From: Elusimicrobiota bacterium
Lineage (GTDB): Bacteria > Elusimicrobiota > Elusimicrobia > F11
Direction of reading: 5' to 3'
DNA: 64,000 nt
Assembly (NCBI GenBank): GCA_044221725.1
Contig: JBGAON010000003.1
Location: 256,001-320,000 of the forward strand
This document shows, one piece after another, positions 58,326 through 64,000 of this stretch. Position numbers and translations under genes: made by a program. The notes under the pieces are model-generated. The model was not told the origin of the DNA and did no database searches. It saw nothing but the letters and a program-made list of their open reading frames with translations. Every line of letters begins with the position of its first letter. Position 1 is the stretch's first letter.

Positions 58326-61154
58326 ATGGAAGAGAACATCGTTGTACGTGGGGCGCGGACACACAACCTCAAGAACCTAACCCTCCGTATCCCTCGCAAT
58401 AAACTCGTGGTCGTCACCGGCTTGTCGGGTTCCGGAAAATCGTCGTTGGCGTTCGATACGCTGTACGCTGAAGGTCAGCGTCGCTACGTCGAGTCGCTGT
58501 CCGCTTACGCGCGTCAATTCTTGGACGTTATGGACAAGCCCGACGTGGACGTCATCGAAGGATTATCGCCCGCGATTGCGATTGAACAGCGAACGCCCAG
58601 TCACAACCCGCGCTCGACGGTGGGCACCGTCACCGAAATTTACGATTACCTGCGGCTGCTTTACGCGCGTGTTGGAACACCGCACTGTCCGAGTTGCGGG
58701 AAAGTCATTCGTCCGCAATCAGCCCAGCAAATCATCCAAGATGTGGCGGCGCTCCCGGAAGGAACGCAAGTGACCGTGCTCGCGCCTCTCGTTCGCGGAC
58801 GCAAAGGAACTTACGAGGAATTGTTCAAACGTTACGCGCAAAACGGATACGTGCGGGTGCGCGTGAACGGAAAAATTTACCGACTCGAAGAGAAGATTTC
58901 GCTCGATCGTTACAAAAAGCACGACATCGAACTGGTGGTCGACCGTGTGCTCATCAACAAAGAAAACCGTGACCGGTTGGCCGATTCGATCGAAACCGCG
59001 TTGCGCGAAGCGCGCGGTCTGCTGATGACGGAAATTCCCAAAGACGGCGTGAAGCTGTACAGCGAACATCATTCGTGCCCCGATTGCGGAATTTCGCTTC
59101 CGGAAATCGAACCTCGTCTGTTTTCGTTCAATAGTCCGTACGGCGCGTGTCCCGACTGCGATGGTCTCGGTTCGCAGGTGAAAGTGACGGAGGATTTGGT
59201 TGTACAGGATCCTGATAAATCCGTCGATGAGGGGGCGCTTACCGCGTGGTCGGATCCGGTCACGACACGAACGAACCGCTGGAAAAATTCTTGGGCGTCC
59301 TATTATGAAGACATTTTGTCTGGCGTTGCGCGCCGCAACGGAATTTCGTTGTCGACACCGTGGAAAGATTTGTCGAAGCCGCAAAAGAAAATGTTGCTGT
59401 ACGGTGACGGTGAGTTTGAAGGTGTGATTAACAATTTGGAGAGGCGCTACCGCGAAACCGAATCCGAGTTTGTGAAGGAAGAAATCCAAGACCGGTTTAT
59501 GTCTCGGCGCGAATGTCCCGGTTGCCACGGGGCGCGGCTCAAGCCCGAAGCACTCGCGGTAAAAATTGGCGGACTATCGATATCCGATTTGTGTTCGAAA
59601 GACGTGAAGGATACAGAGAAATTTTTTGAATCGCTGCCATTGTCGGATCGCGACAAGACGATCGCGCGGCAAATTCTTCAAGAGATCACGTCGCGCCTCA
59701 ATTTTCTTGTGCGCGTTGGCTTGGACTACGTGACGCTAAACCGCGAGAGCGCCACGTTGGCCGGAGGAGAAGCGCAGCGCATTCATTTGGCCACGCAGAT
59801 TGGCGCCGGTTTGGTGGGCGTGTTGTACGTGTTGGATGAACCGACCATCGGCCTTCACCCGCGCGACAACACGCGTTTGCTCACCACGCTGGCGCGCCTA
59901 CGCGATGCGGGGAATACGTTGGTGGTCGTCGAACACGACGAAGAAACCATTCGGATGGCCGATTGGCTGATTGATTTGGGCCCCGGCGCCGGTGTGCACG
60001 GAGGGGAAATTGTCGCCGAAGGAACACCGGCCGAAGTCCTTAAGAATATGAAGTCTTTGACGGCGCAATATCTTGAAGGCGGAAAAACCATTCAAGTGCC
60101 CGAGAAACGGCGCGCGCCAGGCAAAGAATGGCTCTCGATTTTTGGTGCGCAGCAATTCAATTTGAAAAATATCGACGTGAAAATTCCGCTCGGTGTGTTT
60201 GTCGCAGTGACCGGCGTTTCGGGTTCCGGAAAATCGACGTTCGTGCACGAAATTCTGCACAAGGGTTTGGCGAAGATTTTGCACGGTGCGAAAGACGAGC
60301 CCGGCAAGCACAAAGCCATCAAAGGTCTCGAGTTTCTCGATAAAGCAATTGTTGTCGATCAAGATCCCATTGGCCGCACGCCGCGTTCGAATCCGGCGAC
60401 GTACACGGGCGCGTACGCGCCGATTCGCGAGTTGTTTGCACAAGTACCCGAGGCGAAACGTCGCGGTTTTGGTCCGGGTCGGTTCTCGTTCAACGTAAAA
60501 GGCGGACGCTGCGAAAACTGTCAGGGTGACGGCACGCTAAAAATTTCGATGCAATTTTTGCCGGACGTTTATGTGATCTGCGACGTATGCAAAGGGGCGC
60601 GCTTCAACGACGATACGTTGGCCATTAAATACAAAGGGAAATCCATCGCTCAAGTTCTCGATATGACGATCGAGGAAGCGTCGGATTTTTTCTCAGCGAT
60701 TCCCTACGTTGTCCGGATTTTGAAAACGCTGACGGACGTGGGGCTTGGCTATATGAAACTCGGGCAGCCCGCGACCACGTTGTCGGGTGGTGAGGCGCAG
60801 CGCGTGAAACTGGCGACCGAGCTATCGAGACGCGCAACGGGCCGCACGCTCTATATTTTGGATGAACCGACAACCGGGCTCCATTTTGCCGATGTCGATA
60901 AACTTTTGCACGTGTTGCACCGCTTGGTCGACGCCGGGAATACCGTGGTGGTGATCGAACACAACTTGGACGTAATAAAAACCGCGGATTGGTTGATCGA
61001 CTTGGGCCCCGAAGGCGGTGACCGGGGAGGTGAGCTCGTTGCGGCCGGTACGCCGGAAGATGTTGCCGAAAATAAAGTGTCTCACACGGCGCGGTATCTG
61101 TTGCCTCTCGTCAAACCCCGCCGCAATTACGATATAATCCCGGCCTCTCTGTAA
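58326..61154 (+). CDS. uvrA: Excinuclease ABC subunit A
   Basis: GAR.HNLKN, two GxSGSGKS Walker A motifs, zinc fingers, [16 protein letters not shown]. Confidence 0.98.
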   Translation: MEENIVVRGARTHNLKNLTLRIPRNKLVVVTGLSGSGKSSLAFDTLYAEGQRRYVESLSAYARQFLDVMDKPDVDVIEGLSPAIAIEQRTPSHNPRSTVGTVTEIYDYLRLLYARVGTPHCPSCGKVIRPQSAQQIIQDVAALPEGTQVTVLAPLVRGRKGTYEELFKRYAQNGYVRVRVNGKIYRLEEKISLDRYKKHDIELVVDRVLINKENRDRLADSIETALREARGLLMTEIPKDGVKLYSEHHSCPDCGISLPEIEPRLFSFNSPYGACPDCDGLGSQVKVTEDLVVQDPDKSVDEGALTAWSDPVTTRTNRWKNSWASYYEDILSGVARRNGISLSTPWKDLSKPQKKMLLYGDGEFEGVINNLERRYRETESEFVKEEIQDRFMSRRECPGCHGARLKPEALAVKIGGLSISDLCSKDVKDTEKFFESLPLSDRDKTIARQILQEITSRLNFLVRVGLDYVTLNRESATLAGGEAQRIHLATQIGAGLVGVLYVLDEPTIGLHPRDNTRLLTTLARLRDAGNTLVVVEHDEETIRMADWLIDLGPGAGVHGGEIVAEGTPAEVLKNMKSLTAQYLEGGKTIQVPEKRRAPGKEWLSIFGAQQFNLKNIDVKIPLGVFVAVTGVSGSGKSTFVHEILHKGLAKILHGAKDEPGKHKAIKGLEFLDKAIVVDQDPIGRTPRSNPATYTGAYAPIRELFAQVPEAKRRGFGPGRFSFNVKGGRCENCQGDGTLKISMQFLPDVYVICDVCKGARFNDDTLAIKYKGKSIAQVLDMTIEEASDFFSAIPYVVRILKTLTDVGLGYMKLGQPATTLSGGEAQRVKLATELSRRATGRTLYILDEPTTGLHFADVDKLLHVLHRLVDAGNTVVVIEHNLDVIKTADWLIDLGPEGGDRGGELVAAGTPEDVAENKVSHTARYLLPLVKPRRNYDIIPASL

Positions 61155-61238
61155 CCCGCGCGTCGTGTTTTTACATCGTCGCAAAACGGAAAATTTCTTA
61201 TGAGAATCAAGGGCGAGAAGCCCGCAAGGAGGAGTAAA

Positions 61239-61817
61239 GTGAAGAATCGTTTCAGTATTTCTATGTTGGTGATGTTTTTGGCGGCTGCGTTTGCATTGAC
61301 GGGTTGCCCGCCGAAAAACAAATTGGCCATTGATGAGAAAGCAAAAGAAGAAAAGCCCGCCGAAGAAGTGAAGACCGACGAAAACGCCCTGTCGAAAGAA
61401 TTGCAGCCCGGCGATGTCCAGATTCAACAAGACTGGACCGAAATTCCGAGCCTGCAATTGGTGCCGTTCGGTTACGATTCCGCAAACATTGATGATGCGG
61501 CCCGCGCAGCGCTAAAGGCGAACGTGGCTCTCATTAAAAAACTTCCGAAAACCGTGGTGGTTCGCGTTGAAGGACATTGCGACGACCGTGGTACCGTCGA
61601 ATACAATATCGCTCTCGGTCAGCGCCGCGCGAACGCCGTGAAATCGTATTACGCGACGGCCGGCATTGCAAAATCCCGACTCGACACCATTTCGTTTGGC
61701 GAAGAGCGTCCGCTTTGCAACGAAGAAACCGACGCCTGCTGGGCCCGCAATCGCCGCGGCGTCACGAAATTGAAAAACGCCGAAGCGATTGTTATCAAAG
61801 CTGATCAATTGAAATGA
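61239..61817 (+). CDS. pal: Peptidoglycan-associated lipoprotein Pal (OmpA family)
   Basis: AAGGAGG then GTG. Lipobox LTGC. EGHCD.RGT.EYN.ALG.RRA, SFGEERP, NRR. Confidence 0.92.
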   Translation: MKNRFSISMLVMFLAAAFALTGCPPKNKLAIDEKAKEEKPAEEVKTDENALSKELQPGDVQIQQDWTEIPSLQLVPFGYDSANIDDAARAALKANVALIKKLPKTVVVRVEGHCDDRGTVEYNIALGQRRANAVKSYYATAGIAKSRLDTISFGEERPLCNEETDACWARNRRGVTKLKNAEAIVIKADQLK

Positions 61818-62584
61818 AGCGGGCCCTCTCCCCAACCCTCTCCCTAAAGGGAGAGGGAGTTGCGCTTTTGTTGTTGTCGGTGTTGTTCTCGGGGTGCGTC
61901 ACGCGCCAAGATATTCGTGGGATTCAGACGGACCTGTACACGATTCAAAAAGGAATTGAAGCGCGTCTGGGTAACGTAAAAGATCAAACCGATAGTGTTC
62001 AAACCTCTCAGGCCGATCTTCTGCAGGAAATTCACGACTTGAGTGCGAATCTTACGGTTCTAAAATCCGATCTTGCGGATTATCAGCAGCGCATGGGTCA
62101 GTTGTCGATGCGCCTGGACGATCTTGAGGCATCCCTCACGGCGCGTATGGATTCTCAGATTGAGCTTTTATCGGGCTCAAAGTTTGTCGAAAAACCGCTC
62201 CCGAGCACTTCGTACAACCTCGCGAACACGGACTTTGTGCGGGGAAAGTACGGTGAGGCGATCACTGGTTTTCGGAATTACATCAAACAATTCCCGAAAG
62301 GCGACAAAGTTTCGGAGGCGAAGCTGAAAATTGGTGATGCTCTCGCGAAACAGGGCGATCACGAGGGCGCGTTGAACGCGTACAACGATCTGCTGCAGTC
62401 TTCGCCAAAAGATTCGTTGGCGCCGGCGGCGTTGTTGCGCAAAGCCGCCACGCTGGAGTCGCTGGGGCGCAAGCCTCAAATGAAAGAAGCGCTTACGGCG
62501 CTGATCAAGACCTATCCCTATTCCAACGAAGCAAAAACCGCGCAGGACCGTTTGCGCGGGATGCCTGCTGATACCGCGAAATGA
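61814..62584 (+). CDS. cpoB: Tol-Pal associated TPR lipoprotein CpoB/YbgF (REP insert in signal peptide)
   Basis: Lipobox FSGC, coiled coil, TPRs (A...F..Y...FP). Follows pal. Confidence 0.82.
   Translation: MKRALSPTLSLKGEGVALLLLSVLFSGCVTRQDIRGIQTDLYTIQKGIEARLGNVKDQTDSVQTSQADLLQEIHDLSANLTVLKSDLADYQQRMGQLSMRLDDLEASLTARMDSQIELLSGSKFVEKPLPSTSYNLANTDFVRGKYGEAITGFRNYIKQFPKGDKVSEAKLKIGDALAKQGDHEGALNAYNDLLQSSPKDSLAPAALLRKAATLESLGRKPQMKEALTALIKTYPYSNEAKTAQDRLRGMPADTAK
61824..61857. repeat. REP-like palindrome in frame within the cpoB signal peptide
   Basis: ccctctccct-aa-agggagaggg (61836-61857) is the exact reverse complement of 32487-32508. Confidence 0.85.
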
Positions 62585-63849
62585 TGCGCCGTTCCATCGC
62601 GTTGCTGGCGTTCGCGTTCATCGGTTCCTTTCACTTTGTCGCCGCGGATCCCATTGATGTTCAGATCGATCGTTCCAAAGAAAAGTTCAATCTCGGGCTG
62701 TCCGATTTTATTTCCGACAACAGCTCTGTTGATGTCAGCATCCTAAACGCGTTCCAGAATGTTATCGGTCCGGATCTCGATTATTCTCGGCTGTTCAATG
62801 TTGTGAAAAGCGGGCCCGTGGTTCGTTCGAAAAACGACGCGCTCGCGTGGGGGAAGCTGGGTTCCGAAATGGTTTTGTCGGCGTCGGTTCGTGGCAAGCA
62901 GCCCGACAGTGTAGACGTCGTCGCGCACCTCAACGAAACAAAATCCGGGAAAGAAGTGATGAGTTTTTCACGGAAGGGCACACGCGCCGAAATTCGCACC
63001 ATGGCGCACGATGTTTCGAACGAAGTCGTGAAATATTTTACGGGCAAGCCCGGAATTTTTAATTCGAAGCTCGTGTTTGTGAACGATGGTACGGGTCGCA
63101 AAGAACTTTATATTTCCGATTACGACGGAAAAAATCCGAAACGTCTGACGAACGACAACTCGATCGTCATCCTGCCAAGGTTGTCGCCCGATGGGAAAAA
63201 GATCGTGTTCACGTCGTACGCGTCGGGCAATCCCGATTTGTATCTGGTGAACCGAGACGGAACCGGGAAAAGGAAACTTTCGTCCAAGGCCGGATTGAAC
63301 GTTTCTCCATCGTGGGCGCCGAACAGCCAAGAACTGGCTGTCACTCTTTCGAAGGATGGGCCGCCGAATATCTATTTAATGGATTTGCAGGGTGTCATAA
63401 AGCAGCGTTTAACCGACGCGCAGACCGCGGACACGGCACCCTCTTTTTCGCCCGATGGCAGCCAAATAGCGTTTACGTCGGACCGCGCGGGTGCGCCGCA
63501 CATTTACATCATGAACATCGATGGCTCAGGATTGCGCCGCATTACAACCGCGAGCCATTGCGACTCGGCCGCCTGGTCACCCGACGGTCAAACAATTCTC
63601 TACGTGAAGAGCCAAGACAAAAACTTTGATATTTTCTCGATCGAAGTGTTGACGGGCCTTGAGCGACGGCTTACCTGGGGAAAAGGGGACAACGAGAATC
63701 CGTCCTGGTCACCCGACGGTCGATTCATTCTGTTTTGCTCGACGCGCAACGGCAAGTGGGAGCTTTTTACAATGGCCGCCGATGGCAGCGATCAGAAACC
63801 GATTCCAATTACGAAGGGTCAGTCGTACACGCCTTTCTGGTCCAATTAA
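62581..63849 (+). CDS. tolB: Tol-Pal beta-propeller protein TolB
   Basis: Signal peptide, TolB-N-like region (AH..S.E....FTG.PG.F), repeated PD40 P.(W/F)SPDG motifs. Confidence 0.9.
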   Translation: MMRRSIALLAFAFIGSFHFVAADPIDVQIDRSKEKFNLGLSDFISDNSSVDVSILNAFQNVIGPDLDYSRLFNVVKSGPVVRSKNDALAWGKLGSEMVLSASVRGKQPDSVDVVAHLNETKSGKEVMSFSRKGTRAEIRTMAHDVSNEVVKYFTGKPGIFNSKLVFVNDGTGRKELYISDYDGKNPKRLTNDNSIVILPRLSPDGKKIVFTSYASGNPDLYLVNRDGTGKRKLSSKAGLNVSPSWAPNSQELAVTLSKDGPPNIYLMDLQGVIKQRLTDAQTADTAPSFSPDGSQIAFTSDRAGAPHIYIMNIDGSGLRRITTASHCDSAAWSPDGQTILYVKSQDKNFDIFSIEVLTGLERRLTWGKGDNENPSWSPDGRFILFCSTRNGKWELFTMAADGSDQKPIPITKGQSYTPFWSN

Positions 63850-63858
63850 TTTCCTTTT

Positions 63859-64000
63859 ATGGTGACACCGTCCGGTCGTGATTTCATTTCGTTTTCTGAT
63901 TTTTCCCAATCCGAAATTTGGGAATTGCTGGCGCTCGCGCGCAAGCTGAAAGCGAACAAACAAAATAAATCACTGAACGGAAAATCCGTTGGCCTTATTT
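63859..64000 (+). CDS. argF: Ornithine carbamoyltransferase-like protein, 5' part (truncated by the window end)
   Basis: Own translation: MVTPSGRDFISFSDFSQSEIWELLALARKLK...LNGKSVGLI, a typical carbamoyltransferase N-terminus. Confidence 0.7.
   Translation, partial: MVTPSGRDFISFSDFSQSEIWELLALARKLKANKQNKSLNGKSVGLI

Overview
Bacterial chromosomal window with no rRNA, tRNA, CRISPR array, transposase or phage genes seen. The gene content is diderm (Tol-Pal, lipoproteins). An Elusimicrobiota/Omnitrophota-like origin is only a guess from the giant-gene style. The first 26 kb is one uninterrupted 8,369-aa ORF (705-25814). It has an N-terminal signal peptide, a beta-rich N-terminal arm, three hydrophobic helix clusters, an alpha-helical pseudo-repeat, two identical HEVFH zincin motifs, apparently only two cysteines (CSNC), and an embedded, colinear but degenerate SecA-like ATPase motor (~14460-16620). 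Its promoter carries two arrays of 11-bp-periodic repeats resembling PhoB/OmpR-family boxes. The remainder, in order: RelE/ParE toxin-antitoxin pair; sixA-sseB-M16 peptidase pair; TPR protein; trmL; prpD-prpB-prpC-aspartase-diheme cytochrome-hydrolase; ECF sigma with zinc anti-sigma; LysM-FecR protein with a sensor kinase, divergent from a polysaccharide deacetylase-mltG-GAF kinase-tldD run; TMEM175 channel and small hypotheticals; cNMP-patatin divergent from Crp; hisS; GAF-PAS protein; nadB; two FlgO/CsgG-like paralogues; nucleotidyltransferase module; uvrA; pal-cpoB-tolB; and the start of argF. A REP-like palindrome occurs three times, twice in frame inside proteins. Many genes look leaderless. 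All calls come from motif recognition by eye; no database searches were run.
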